45,530 nt of DNA from Patescibacteria group bacterium. Lineage in GTDB: Bacteria > Patescibacteriota > Microgenomatia > UBA1400 > PJMF01. This document shows, piece by piece, positions 19,038 through 28,458 of the stretch; within the stretch, counting starts at the first letter, position 1, and each line of letters begins with the position of its first letter. The stretch is from the NCBI GenBank assembly GCA_018813375.1, contig JAHJBU010000003.1, positions 1 through 45,530 on the forward strand, written 5' to 3'. A program made the translations under genes and the position numbers. The notes beneath the pieces are model-generated. The model was not told the DNA's origin and did no database searches. It was given only the letters and a program-made list of their open reading frames with translations.

Positions 19038-20137
19038 GCGCTCTTGATCATACTTATGCAGTTATTTTAGCCGGCGGAGGAGGTACTCGCCTCTGGCCAA
19101 AATCACGTAAAAAAAATCCTAAGCAGTTTTTAAAACTCATTGCAAATAAAACCATGATGCAAGTTGCTGCAAATCGCATTACAAAAATAGTTCCTTGGGA
19201 TCAAGTTATCGTAGTTACTAATAAACTCTATGAAAATGAAGTCAGAGAACAACTTCCTGAGGTTCCAAAAAATAATATTATCGCCGAACCACAAAAAAAA
19301 GATACAGCTTTAGCTATGTTAGTAGGTAGTCTTTATGCAAAAAATCTTGATCCAAAGGCAATAATTATTAATGCTGCCTCAGACCATACGTTAACTAATG
19401 ATAAAGAGTATGTTCGAGTTATGAAAGCTGCTGTTAAAACTGCAGCAGAAAACAAATGTTTAGTTACTGTTGGCATCACACCTACTTTCCCCTCTACTGG
19501 ATTTGGTTATATTAAAATCGGAGAAGATATAAAAAAACTTGACAAAGGACTCTCTCTTTTTAAAGTTGACAGTTTTACAGAAAAACCAAATAAAGCTACG
19601 GCCAGAGCATTTATCTCCACTGGAAAATATTTTTGGAATGCCAATATGTATGTTTGGTCAGCAGAAAGTATTTCTGATGCTTTTGAGAAATATATGCCAA
19701 AAATGTATACTCTAACAAAAGATTTAGCTGATAAAACAGCCAAACAATTCCATCTAACTTTGCCACAAATATATAAACAAGCCGAAAGCACTTCTATTGA
19801 CTATGCGATTTCAGAAAAAGCTGATAATTTAGTTTTGATTCCAGGAGATTTTGGCTGGAATGATGTAGGCAACTGGAAAATAGTCTATGACCTAGGCACT
19901 AAAGACCTAGCGGGAAATGTAGTAATCAGCGAAAACGAAAATGCACATTCTCTTTCAATTGAAGCTCATAACAACCTCATACACACTAATGGTCGCTTAA
20001 TTGCGATGATCGGCATAGATGATCTTGTGATTGTTGACACAGATGAAATTCTTATGATTGCCCCAAAACATAGGGCTCAACAAGTCAAAAAACTCGTTAA
20101 TCGCCTTAAAGAAGAGGGTAAAGAAGAATATTTATAA
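19034..20137 (+). CDS. manC: Mannose-1-phosphate guanylyltransferase
   Basis: ILAGGGGTRLWPKSR...PKQF, GFGYI, FTEKP, SIDYAI.EK, GWNDVG.W; no C-terminal cupin domain. Confidence 0.9.
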   Translation: MSALDHTYAVILAGGGGTRLWPKSRKKNPKQFLKLIANKTMMQVAANRITKIVPWDQVIVVTNKLYENEVREQLPEVPKNNIIAEPQKKDTALAMLVGSLYAKNLDPKAIIINAASDHTLTNDKEYVRVMKAAVKTAAENKCLVTVGITPTFPSTGFGYIKIGEDIKKLDKGLSLFKVDSFTEKPNKATARAFISTGKYFWNANMYVWSAESISDAFEKYMPKMYTLTKDLADKTAKQFHLTLPQIYKQAESTSIDYAISEKADNLVLIPGDFGWNDVGNWKIVYDLGTKDLAGNVVISENENAHSLSIEAHNNLIHTNGRLIAMIGIDDLVIVDTDEILMIAPKHRAQQVKKLVNRLKEEGKEEYL

Positions 20138-20143
20138 ACCTCT

Positions 20144-20767
20144 ATGTTATCTTTTGAAACTCAGAAACGAATTTTAGATATAACTGTGGCAATCGGACTA
20201 CTCATCTTATTCCTGCCTATTTGGGTACTAATCCCGCTAATTATTTGTGTTGACTCTGGTCTACCCATCTTTTTTTCACATAGAAGAGTTGGTAAAAATG
20301 GCAAAGAATTTAATCTACTTAAATTTCGCTCCATGATTCAGGGCGCGGATGAATTCCTGCATAATAAGAATCATCAGTTGCTAAAAAAATTTAAAGATAA
20401 CGATTGGAAGCTTCAAAATGATCCACGTATTACTCAATTGGGAAAAATGTTACGCTCTCTTACAATAGATGAATTTCCACAATTATTAAATGTTTTAAAA
20501 GGTGAAATGAGCATGGTGGGACCTAGAGCCTATGTAAAAAAAGAGCTTGAAGAGCAAACAAAAAAATATCCAGAGACAAAAAAATTTGTCAAAGACATTC
20601 TCTCAGTTAAACCAGGTATTACTGGCCCATGGCAAACTGGAGGTAGAAATGAAGTTGCTTTTAAAACTAGAGCCAAAATGGATGCTTTGTATTCTCGCAA
20701 AAAAACAATCTACAAAGATCTTGAAATTCTCTTCAAAACCCCCAAAGCTATGATTTCTAAATGGTAG
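20144..20767 (+). CDS. Sugar transferase (priming phosphoglycosyl transferase, Bac_transf family)
   Basis: KRILDI, R.GKNG..F...KFRSM, DPRIT..G..LR...DEFPQL.NV.KGEMS.VGPR, KPGITG.WQ. Confidence 0.92.
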   Translation: MLSFETQKRILDITVAIGLLILFLPIWVLIPLIICVDSGLPIFFSHRRVGKNGKEFNLLKFRSMIQGADEFLHNKNHQLLKKFKDNDWKLQNDPRITQLGKMLRSLTIDEFPQLLNVLKGEMSMVGPRAYVKKELEEQTKKYPETKKFVKDILSVKPGITGPWQTGGRNEVAFKTRAKMDALYSRKKTIYKDLEILFKTPKAMISKW

Positions 20768-20784
20768 CTGATATACTTAACTCT

Positions 20785-22764
20785 ATGTCTGAAAATACTA
20801 CTGCTACTCAAGACAAAATGACTCATAAAGAAGAATCTATTCTTAAAAAAATCTCCTTTGAAGAATCTGAAGAGGAAATCGCCCAAAAAGAAAAATTTTT
20901 TCAAAAACATAAAAAGCCCCTAATTATCGCAGGAGGAATTTTAGGCATTTTTTTGGTCATTTTTACAGTTTTGAGCCTATATACACTGGGTGTTATAAAT
21001 ACATTTAAAACCCAGGGTTTTGAGGTAAAAACCACAACGCAAGCTGCTTATACCAATTTTAAAAACCAAAATTTGCCAGCTACAGAAGCTGAATTAAAAA
21101 AACTAGAGCAACAAGAACAAAACTTACGACAAACTTATAAAAAACTGAGTATCTACAATTATATTCCTGTCCTTAGAAAATATTACCTTGATGGAATTGC
21201 CGCCTTTAATGCTGGCGAAGCAGGACTTCGAGCGGCGTTAAAAACAGTTGAGGCTATTACTCCGTACGCTGATGTACTGGGTTTTGCGGGTGAGGACACA
21301 TTTGCTGGTGGCACGGCTGAAGACAGATTAAAATTGGTCTTACAGACTATTGATAAAATTTCTCCAATTTTAGATGACATTACTGCAGAACTAAATATTA
21401 TGCAGACAGAATTAGCTCTAATTAATCCCAATAGATATCCAGAAGATTTTCGAGGTCAAAACATTCGTTCATATATTTTAACTGCTCAAGAATCAGGTCA
21501 AACTGCATTGAGCTCAATTATTCAATATAGACCAATTTTAGAACAACTACCCGAAATCATGGGCGCCAAAGAAGAACGAAAAAAATACCTTATTCTTTTT
21601 CAAAACGATAACGAGCTTCGCCCCACCGGTGGTTTCTTAACTGCCTATGCCACAATTTTTATTGAAGATGGCAAGGTCTCTCCAGAAAAATCAGACGATA
21701 TCTATGAATTAGACAAAAAATTTAATAAGCGTATCCCTATCCCAGAAGAGCTTGGTCGCTATCTAACTACAGAAAAATACTGGAATTTACGCGATATGAA
21801 CACTTCACCAGACTTTAAAATCTCCATAAAACAATTCTTAGAACACTACTTAGAAATCCGGGGAGAGCCAAAAGATATTAACGGGGTGATTGCAGTTGAT
21901 ACAGAATTTTTAACTAAACTACTAGAAGTTTTGGGGCCAGTCGAAGTACCAGGATATGGAATCTTCAGTGCAGAAAACGACCCTCGCTGCGATTGCCCCC
22001 AGGTTGTTTACGCTCTCTCTGAAATTATTACCAAGCCAACCCCATATCTTCGAGATGATCGAAAAGGAATTTTAGGACCAATGATGAGAGCTATTCTGAC
22101 TAAATCCTATGGGGCTCCAAGACAACAGTGGCCTCAATTATTCCAAATTGGCGTCAGTAGCATGGAGGGACGTCATCTTCAAATGTACTTCATGGATGAA
22201 ACAGCTCAATCAGCCACAGAGGCTATCAACGCAGCTGGCGTTATGAACGCGAAAGAAGGCGCTGATTTCTTGGCTATTGTAAATGCCAATCTAGGAGGAG
22301 CTAAATCAAATCTGTTTACAGAGTATGAGGTTTCACAAATAGTCAGAGCTCCTGAAAATGGTCAGATTACCAAGGAAATTGAGATCACTTACCGAAATAC
22401 TAAAAAAGCCGACAACTGCAATCTAGAAGCCGGGCAGCTTTGTCTAAACTCAACTCTTAGAGATTGGACTAGGTTATATCTTCCAGCAGGCAGTAAACTC
22501 ATAGAAGCCCAAGGATTTACAGAGGAAGCAAAAGAGTATGAAGAAAATGGCTTTCATGTTATTGACGGCTTCTTTATTCTAGAACCACTCGGGCAAGCTA
22601 AACTCAAACTAAGCTACACTGTTCCGTATGCAGACAACCAAACCTATCGTCTAAAACTCTGGAAACAGGGTGGAATTGATCCTATTAAGACACTCATGGA
22701 TGTGACAGGTGGACAAGAAGAAATCATGGTGAATAAAGATATTCTTTATGAAACACCGTTCTAA
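20785..22764 (+). CDS. DUF4012 domain membrane-anchored protein
   Basis: Single N-terminal TM; YLILFQN.NELRPTGGF, LRDMN.SPDF, GVIAVD, N.GGAKSN. ATG 20785 lies 7 nt after TGaTATACT. Confidence 0.8.
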   Translation: MSENTTATQDKMTHKEESILKKISFEESEEEIAQKEKFFQKHKKPLIIAGGILGIFLVIFTVLSLYTLGVINTFKTQGFEVKTTTQAAYTNFKNQNLPATEAELKKLEQQEQNLRQTYKKLSIYNYIPVLRKYYLDGIAAFNAGEAGLRAALKTVEAITPYADVLGFAGEDTFAGGTAEDRLKLVLQTIDKISPILDDITAELNIMQTELALINPNRYPEDFRGQNIRSYILTAQESGQTALSSIIQYRPILEQLPEIMGAKEERKKYLILFQNDNELRPTGGFLTAYATIFIEDGKVSPEKSDDIYELDKKFNKRIPIPEELGRYLTTEKYWNLRDMNTSPDFKISIKQFLEHYLEIRGEPKDINGVIAVDTEFLTKLLEVLGPVEVPGYGIFSAENDPRCDCPQVVYALSEIITKPTPYLRDDRKGILGPMMRAILTKSYGAPRQQWPQLFQIGVSSMEGRHLQMYFMDETAQSATEAINAAGVMNAKEGADFLAIVNANLGGAKSNLFTEYEVSQIVRAPENGQITKEIEITYRNTKKADNCNLEAGQLCLNSTLRDWTRLYLPAGSKLIEAQGFTEEAKEYEENGFHVIDGFFILEPLGQAKLKLSYTVPYADNQTYRLKLWKQGGIDPIKTLMDVTGGQEEIMVNKDILYETPF

Positions 22765-23302
22765 AAATTTTAATATTAGGGGAATTATTCTTAAAAGAAA
22801 CAAGGTCGGTGAAACCGATCGAGTGATTACTATTCTTACACAAGAATATGGAAAATTAGTTGCTGTTGCAAAAGGGGTACGCAAACTTACTTCCTCAAAA
22901 AGGGCTTTTTTGGAGCCAGGCAATCTAGTCAAAGCCTATTTTGTCAAAACTAAATCTTTACCTTTGCTAACTCAAGCCAAATTGATTAGTGACTGTAGCC
23001 AAGCTAGAAATAATTTAATAGAAATTAGAAAACTCACTCAATTTTTAGAAATTTTAGACAAATTATTTGTAGAAGAAGAAATTGATAAAGAATTATTTAA
23101 AAAAATATTAATTTTACGGACTAACATTGTAAAACAAAAAATAAAAAATGGTCAAATTAAAAGAGAATTAGAAAATTTGATTGAAAAACTTGGTTACAGA
23201 AACCCACGAGAAACACAATATAATTCCGTGCTAGATTATGTGGCAACACTATCTGATAGACCCATGAGAAGCTTTGAGTATTTAGCAACTCAAACCAGAT
23301 GA
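22748..23302 (+). CDS. recO: DNA repair protein RecO
   Basis: GIILK...GE.DRVITILT..YGK...VAKGVRK..S OB-fold N-terminus; conserved recO-glyQS adjacency. Confidence 0.88.
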   Translation: MKHRSKNFNIRGIILKRNKVGETDRVITILTQEYGKLVAVAKGVRKLTSSKRAFLEPGNLVKAYFVKTKSLPLLTQAKLISDCSQARNNLIEIRKLTQFLEILDKLFVEEEIDKELFKKILILRTNIVKQKIKNGQIKRELENLIEKLGYRNPRETQYNSVLDYVATLSDRPMRSFEYLATQTR

Positions 23303-23315
23303 TATACTAAATGTT

Positions 23316-24722
23316 ATGTCTGAAGCCTCACCTACACTAGAAAAAATAGTTTCTCTAGCCAAAAGGCGTGGCTTTGTTTTTCCTACTTCTGATATCTATG
23401 GAGGTTTGGCTAATTCTTACGATTACGGCCCCATGGGCACGGAATTATTAAAAAATATTAGAGACTTGTGGTGGAAATACTTTATTACTACTCGTCCGGA
23501 TATGGTGGGGTTACAATCTCAAATCCTCCAGCATCCACAGACTTGGGTAGCTTCTGGTCATGTGGAGGCATTTCATGATCCATTAATAGAAGATAAAGTT
23601 ACTCATAAACGCTACCGAGTAGATCATATTATTGAAACTTGGCTTTCCCAAAATACAACTGTGCTTAATCTGGAAATGATAGTAGTTGAAAACATGAGTC
23701 TCAAAGAAATGGCCGCCTTTATCACTAAACATAAAATCAAAAGTCCAGATGGAAATGAGCTCTCAGAACCAAAACAGTTTAGTCTATTATTTGAAACTCA
23801 AATTGGCTCTGTAGCTGGTGAAAAATCTACAGTTTACATGCGCGGCGAAACTGCCCAAGGTATCTTTACTAATTTTAAAAATGTTTTAGATTCAACTCGA
23901 GTCCAATTACCATTTGGGATCGGGAATATCGGCACTAGTTTTCGCAATGAAGTTACTACAGGACAGTTTGTCTTTAGGACTCTAGAATTTGAATTAGCTG
24001 AAATTGAATATTTCTTTGATCCAGAAAAAGAAGACTGGAAAAAAATAATGACGCAATGGAAAAATGAGATGTGGCAATTTGCTACAAAAACATTGGGAAT
24101 TCAAGAAAATAATCTTAAATGGCGTCAACATACTGATAAAGAACGCTCTCACTATAGTTTAGATACCTGGGATCTAGACTACAAATATCCGTTTGGCTAC
24201 AAAGAGCTCTGGGGCTTAGCCTACAGAACTGATTTTGATCTCAAACAACACCAAAAACATTCTGGTCAAAACCTAGAATACATTGATCCCCAAACTCAAA
24301 AGAAATTTTTGCCTCATGTCATCGAGCCAGCAGTGGGAGTAGCTCGTTTATTCCTTATGATTCTCTGTGACGCTTACTGGGAAGATAAAAAAAACAATCG
24401 CACAGTTTTAAAACTTAAACCAAGTCTTGCTCCATATAAAGCTGCAGTTTTCCCCTTAGCCAAAAACAAACCTGAGTTAGTAGAAAAAGCTAGAAAAATC
24501 TTTGATGAGCTTAGCAAAAAATATCATGTGGCTTGGGATGAGCGTAGTAGCATTGGCAAACGCTATCTATATCAAGATGAAATCGGTACACCTTACTGCA
24601 TTACAGTAGACTATGAGACTTTAGAAGATGGGACTGTGACAATTAGAGATAGAGATACCACTGAGCAAATTCGCCTACCCATGACAGAACTTGCTGATTA
24701 TCTTAGAAATAGAGTAAAGTAA
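23316..24722 (+). CDS. glyQS: Glycine--tRNA ligase, alpha2 (homodimeric) type
   Basis: KRRGFVF...IYGG...YDYGP.G, ETAQGIF, FRNE.T...F.FR..EF, ELWG.A.RTDFDL, PHVIEP..GV.R, QDEIGTPYC.TVD. Confidence 0.96.
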   Translation: MSEASPTLEKIVSLAKRRGFVFPTSDIYGGLANSYDYGPMGTELLKNIRDLWWKYFITTRPDMVGLQSQILQHPQTWVASGHVEAFHDPLIEDKVTHKRYRVDHIIETWLSQNTTVLNLEMIVVENMSLKEMAAFITKHKIKSPDGNELSEPKQFSLLFETQIGSVAGEKSTVYMRGETAQGIFTNFKNVLDSTRVQLPFGIGNIGTSFRNEVTTGQFVFRTLEFELAEIEYFFDPEKEDWKKIMTQWKNEMWQFATKTLGIQENNLKWRQHTDKERSHYSLDTWDLDYKYPFGYKELWGLAYRTDFDLKQHQKHSGQNLEYIDPQTQKKFLPHVIEPAVGVARLFLMILCDAYWEDKKNNRTVLKLKPSLAPYKAAVFPLAKNKPELVEKARKIFDELSKKYHVAWDERSSIGKRYLYQDEIGTPYCITVDYETLEDGTVTIRDRDTTEQIRLPMTELADYLRNRVK

Positions 24723-24756
24723 ATTTGTATTAATAAAAATAAGGCCTAAGATTTGT

Positions 24757-25545
24757 ATGAAAAAAAAACTTCCTATTATTTTAATAGCCTTATTAATTAT
24801 TGGCGGAGGCGTTTTTACTTTTACCAAATCACGCTCCAAACCAACTACTCCGGAACAAACTTCCAAAAAAAAACGCATTGAAGAGCCTACTAATGTTATT
24901 GCAGTAGAGGAAAGACCATATATCCAGATAATTCCTCATGCTGATGGACACAACGTCAGTATTAAAATAAACGCGGTTAAAAAAGACGCCGCTAGCGTTG
25001 AGTATGAGCTTGAATACCAGGCTGGCTCACTATTACAGGGCGCATTTGGCCAATTTGATTTAAATTCACTGCCAGCAACAGAAAAAATTCTTTTGGGCAG
25101 TTGTAGCGCAGGGGGTGCTTGCTCTTTTCATGAAGATATTCAGGGCGGATCACTCCTAACTCGTTTTGACGGTCCAGAGTCATATGCACTTAAATCTCGT
25201 TGGAAATATATTGACAACATTGATAGCAGAACATCTTTTAACTCTCAAGATGCTAAATTTCAAATTGAGTCAACTGATCTAAAAAATCAACGCTATCTAG
25301 TGATCTTTAACACCGCTGGCTATCCAGAAGGTCTAGAGGGCATGCTTGTGTCTGAAATTTACTCATTCACTAGCTCTAGTTCATTAACTGGAAAAGCTGA
25401 GCTAACCATCCGCGCGCAAGAAGAAGGCGAGCTAGCTATCATGGGCTATGATGGGGAAACTTGGCATAAATTTGATACCACTGTAGATGAAAAAATAGCT
25501 ACTGCAGAAGTGGATTTAATGGAGCTGTACGTAGTGACTAACTAA
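24757..25545 (+). CDS. Hypothetical membrane-anchored/exported protein
   Basis: MKKK + hydrophobic N-terminus; beta-rich body with LGSCSAGGAC Cys pair. Confidence 0.75.
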   Translation: MKKKLPIILIALLIIGGGVFTFTKSRSKPTTPEQTSKKKRIEEPTNVIAVEERPYIQIIPHADGHNVSIKINAVKKDAASVEYELEYQAGSLLQGAFGQFDLNSLPATEKILLGSCSAGGACSFHEDIQGGSLLTRFDGPESYALKSRWKYIDNIDSRTSFNSQDAKFQIESTDLKNQRYLVIFNTAGYPEGLEGMLVSEIYSFTSSSSLTGKAELTIRAQEEGELAIMGYDGETWHKFDTTVDEKIATAEVDLMELYVVTN

Positions 25546-25585
25546 CACTTTTTCAAATTTAAAAAACTAGTTAAGTAAATTTAGG

Positions 25586-25636
25586 TTGACAAGGTACTTG
25601 TAACGCATGTATACGCGCCTGTATACTTCATATAAT
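25586..25636 (+). promoter_or_regulatory. Promoter/operator region of the Panacea operon
   Basis: TTGACA 25586-25591, TATACT 25622-25627, TATAAT 25631-25636; repeated palindrome GTATAC-N6-GTATAC overlaps the -10 region. Confidence 0.5.
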
Positions 25637-25682
25637 GAACTGTTCGTAAACGGGCGGTGAATTAACAGACTTAAAAATTAAC

Positions 25683-26222
25683 ATGAAAATACCATTAGTC
25701 AAACTCAAGGCTATCCTTCTATACTTTTGCAATCATACTGATGTCAAGTTTTTAGGCAAAGTAAAACTAATGAAGCTTTTTTACTTTTTAGATTTTATAC
25801 ACCTAAAAACATATGGATCTCCGGTTACGTACGATACTTATATAAACTTAGAGCATGGTCCAATTCCTTCCTTTATTAAAAACTTAATTGATAATGCCGC
25901 CGATGATCTAAATGAGTCTGAATTATCAGATGTGATCGATATAGACAAACCAGATGGAATTTCTATGTGTAGATTTTTACCCAAGAGAAAATTTCTAGAT
26001 GATGATAAAAAACACCTTTCAGAAGTTGAGCTAGAAATATTAGAGAAGATTTGTTTAAGATTTGGTGATAAAAATACAAAATATCTTGAAGATATATCTC
26101 ATAAAGAATCAGCCTGGAGAATGACCAGATTCCTACAAGTGATACCCTATAATCTAGCAGCCAATGATAAAGATTGCCTAGTGGAAGAAGAAGATATAAA
26201 ATTACTTATGGATATAATGTAA
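25683..26222 (+). CDS. Panacea (DUF4065/SocA-like) antitoxin
   Basis: KL.A.LLYF, K.KLMKLFYFLDF.H...YG.PVT...Y....HGP.P, L...SH.E.AW signature. Confidence 0.85.
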   Translation: MKIPLVKLKAILLYFCNHTDVKFLGKVKLMKLFYFLDFIHLKTYGSPVTYDTYINLEHGPIPSFIKNLIDNAADDLNESELSDVIDIDKPDGISMCRFLPKRKFLDDDKKHLSEVELEILEKICLRFGDKNTKYLEDISHKESAWRMTRFLQVIPYNLAANDKDCLVEEEDIKLLMDIM

Positions 26223-26617
26223 TGAGTTTTCCCCTAACATTTGGTGATGTTTTTGAATATGAAGAAAGAGTTTATATATTTTTAGTTTTATCAGAAAAAG
26301 TAATTCATGTAGCAAGAGTTTTGGACTTAATTGAGACTCAAAAAATTGAAGAGAGAGTCGAGAGATTGATTCAACAAGGAAAAGATGATTTTTTAAAAAC
26401 TAACGTATTATTTGCATATGTTAAACTTCAAACAAAAGAACTAAAAAATAGAGCTTGTCACTTACACAATACGGGAAAAGATGACTTAAGTATGTATTTC
26501 AGCCCACTCCCCATTTCTTTATCTAATAAAGATTTAAAAGGCATTAAAAAGGAAATTTTAGAAAGAAAAACTGTCTCTACAACTCTTCAAGAACTTGTTA
26601 AAGATATAGAAATATGA
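26222..26617 (+). CDS. Putative toxin partner of Panacea antitoxin (unknown family)
   Basis: TAATG stop/start overlap at 26220-26224; 131 aa MSFPLTFGDVFEY...; operonic position typical of PanAT pairs. Confidence 0.6.
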   Translation: MSFPLTFGDVFEYEERVYIFLVLSEKVIHVARVLDLIETQKIEERVERLIQQGKDDFLKTNVLFAYVKLQTKELKNRACHLHNTGKDDLSMYFSPLPISLSNKDLKGIKKEILERKTVSTTLQELVKDIEI

Positions 26618-26735
26618 GTAATTTTTTACCCTACTCCACAAAGTAATTTCAACTAATTAGAAATCGATTGCGACTGTTTTTAAAGTTGCTTAGTTATAAA
26701 TCCGCTTTTTTTATCCCCATAACTAATCTCCAACA

Positions 26736-26760
26736 CCCGAAACTAGTTCGGGGTTTACTT
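26736..26760 (+). terminator. Possible intrinsic terminator/hairpin between TA pair and mraZ
   Basis: CCCGAA-actag-TTCGGG stem followed by a weak T-rich tail (gtttactt). Confidence 0.35.
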
Positions 26761-26788
26761 GGCAATTCCTAGAGTGTATCTTTTGATT

Positions 26789-26806
26789 ATGGTAAAAAAT
26801 GGTAAA
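26789..26806 (+). promoter_or_regulatory. Putative MraZ-binding direct repeats
   Basis: ATGGTAAA twice with a 10-nt period just upstream of mraZ; MraZ is known to bind TGG-containing repeats with ~10-nt spacing. Confidence 0.5.
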
Positions 26807-26827
26807 TGAGCTTATAGTATCCTTAAA

Positions 26828-27247
26828 ATGTTTATCGGCAGATACTATCACACGCTTGAAGAAAACAATCGTGTTTCATTACCAAAAAAATTTAGAAATA
26901 TAGAAACAAACTGGATCGTCACTAGAGGATTAGACGGCGGTTTATTTTTATTTAGAGCTGCGAATTTTAAAGAAGAATTAGAAAAACTCTCGCAGCGCAC
27001 TTTCACAAAAAAAGCACATCGTGACTTTATAAGATTAATGACAAATGACGCTAAAGAAATTATAGCTGACAAAAATGGTCGAGTTTCCCTGCCCGAATAC
27101 TTGATTAAATTTGCTCAATTAAAAAAACAATTAGTGGTAATTGGTAGCTACTCGCATATAGAAATTTGGAACCAAAATCGATATCACCAATATTTAGAAA
27201 AAATCGAATCACAAGCTGAAAAACTTGCAGAAAGAGTAGATGACTAA
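26828..27247 (+). CDS. mraZ: Division/cell wall cluster transcriptional repressor MraZ
   Basis: MFIG.Y.H.L...NRVSLP.KFR, TRGLDGGL, D.NGRV.LP, IEIW. Confidence 0.95.
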   Translation: MFIGRYYHTLEENNRVSLPKKFRNIETNWIVTRGLDGGLFLFRAANFKEELEKLSQRTFTKKAHRDFIRLMTNDAKEIIADKNGRVSLPEYLIKFAQLKKQLVVIGSYSHIEIWNQNRYHQYLEKIESQAEKLAERVDD

Positions 27248-28130
27248 AAATAAACACATTCCAGTGATGCTAGCAGAAGCTCTTGATGCACTAAAAATAA
27301 AATCAAATAGCTGGTACATCGATGCCACTTTTGGTCAAGGAGGTCATACTAAAGAAATTTTAAATCTTGGTGGCAATGTAATTGCCTTTGATTACGATCA
27401 AGACAATATTGAAGTAGGCCAAGAAAAATTTGCCTCAGAAACTAAAAAGGGGTCATTAATCTTAATTAGAGAAAACTTTGATCAACTAGAGAAAATAATC
27501 AAAGAGCTTGGTCTACCCGTTGCTGGAATTTTATTTGATTTTGGTACTACCAGCGAACAACTCATGTCTCCAAAAAAAGGATTAAGTTTTGAGGGGGAAG
27601 ATCAAGAACTAGATATGAGACTTGATGACCGCCTGGGAGTCAAGGCAAAGGATCTTCTCGCTGTAATGGGTCAAAAACAGCTTCAAAAAATATTTGAAGT
27701 TTTCGGTGGAGAAAAAGAAGCTAGAAAGATTGCTCATGAAATTATTGAAAAACGCCGAGCTGGTGAATTTATTACAACCGTTGGTCAATTAGTCCAGCTT
27801 ATTAAGCTTACCAAAGCTCACAACCCAAAAAATATTCATCCTGCAACAAAAGTCTTCCAAGCGTTACGAATCGCAGTCAACGATGAGCTAGGCAGTATTC
27901 ACAGAGCTTTGCCACAGGCAATAAAAATTCTAAAACCAGGCTCAAGAATCATCACGATTGCTTTTCATGAAGGAGAAGACAGAATTATCAAAAACTACTT
28001 TAAAAAATGGCAGGTAGAAAACAAAGGTCAACAATTAACAAAAAAAGTTATTAAACCAACAGAAAAAGAAATCTCAAATAATCCTAAAGCTAGAAGCGCT
28101 AGGATGAGAATTTTCAGAAAAAATAAATAA
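27240..28130 (+). CDS. rsmH: 16S rRNA m4C1402 methyltransferase RsmH
   Basis: HIPVM..E, D.TFG.GGHT, LDMR.D, HPATKVFQALRIAVNDEL, FH..EDRI.K, NP.ARSA.MR. Confidence 0.96.
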   Translation: MTKNKHIPVMLAEALDALKIKSNSWYIDATFGQGGHTKEILNLGGNVIAFDYDQDNIEVGQEKFASETKKGSLILIRENFDQLEKIIKELGLPVAGILFDFGTTSEQLMSPKKGLSFEGEDQELDMRLDDRLGVKAKDLLAVMGQKQLQKIFEVFGGEKEARKIAHEIIEKRRAGEFITTVGQLVQLIKLTKAHNPKNIHPATKVFQALRIAVNDELGSIHRALPQAIKILKPGSRIITIAFHEGEDRIIKNYFKKWQVENKGQQLTKKVIKPTEKEISNNPKARSARMRIFRKNK

Positions 28131-28136
28131 TTAAAA

Positions 28137-28442
28137 ATGAAAACTAAAAATAATAAAAACAATTTTTACAAATTTTACTATCTTTTACTTGGAGGATTTC
28201 TACTTACCCAAGTTTCATACACTCTCTATCAAGCCAGCTTTGTGGTGGCTCATGGTCGCCAACAACAAAATTTAAAACTTCACCAAGCTCAATTGACTTA
28301 TCAAAAACAAAAACTTGAAGAAAAATTAGCAATTAATACCTCACTTTCGATGTTTACTCAAAAAACAGGCCTCGTTAATTATCAAGCCATCTCTCAACCT
28401 CTGACTATTGAAACTTCAAACAGCCTTGCTGCTTTAAATTAA
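28137..28442 (+). CDS. FtsL-like small bitopic coiled-coil protein
   Basis: Position between rsmH and ftsI; basic N-terminus, one TM, Leu heptad (L..H.A.L...KQ.LE..L). Confidence 0.6.
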   Translation: MKTKNNKNNFYKFYYLLLGGFLLTQVSYTLYQASFVVAHGRQQQNLKLHQAQLTYQKQKLEEKLAINTSLSMFTQKTGLVNYQAISQPLTIETSNSLAALN

Positions 28443-28458
28443 AGTAAAATAATAAGAA

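Noticed and set aside
26174..26221. Track start for the putative toxin
   Set aside because: TTG inside the antitoxin gene; the TAATG-coupled ATG at 26222 is preferred.
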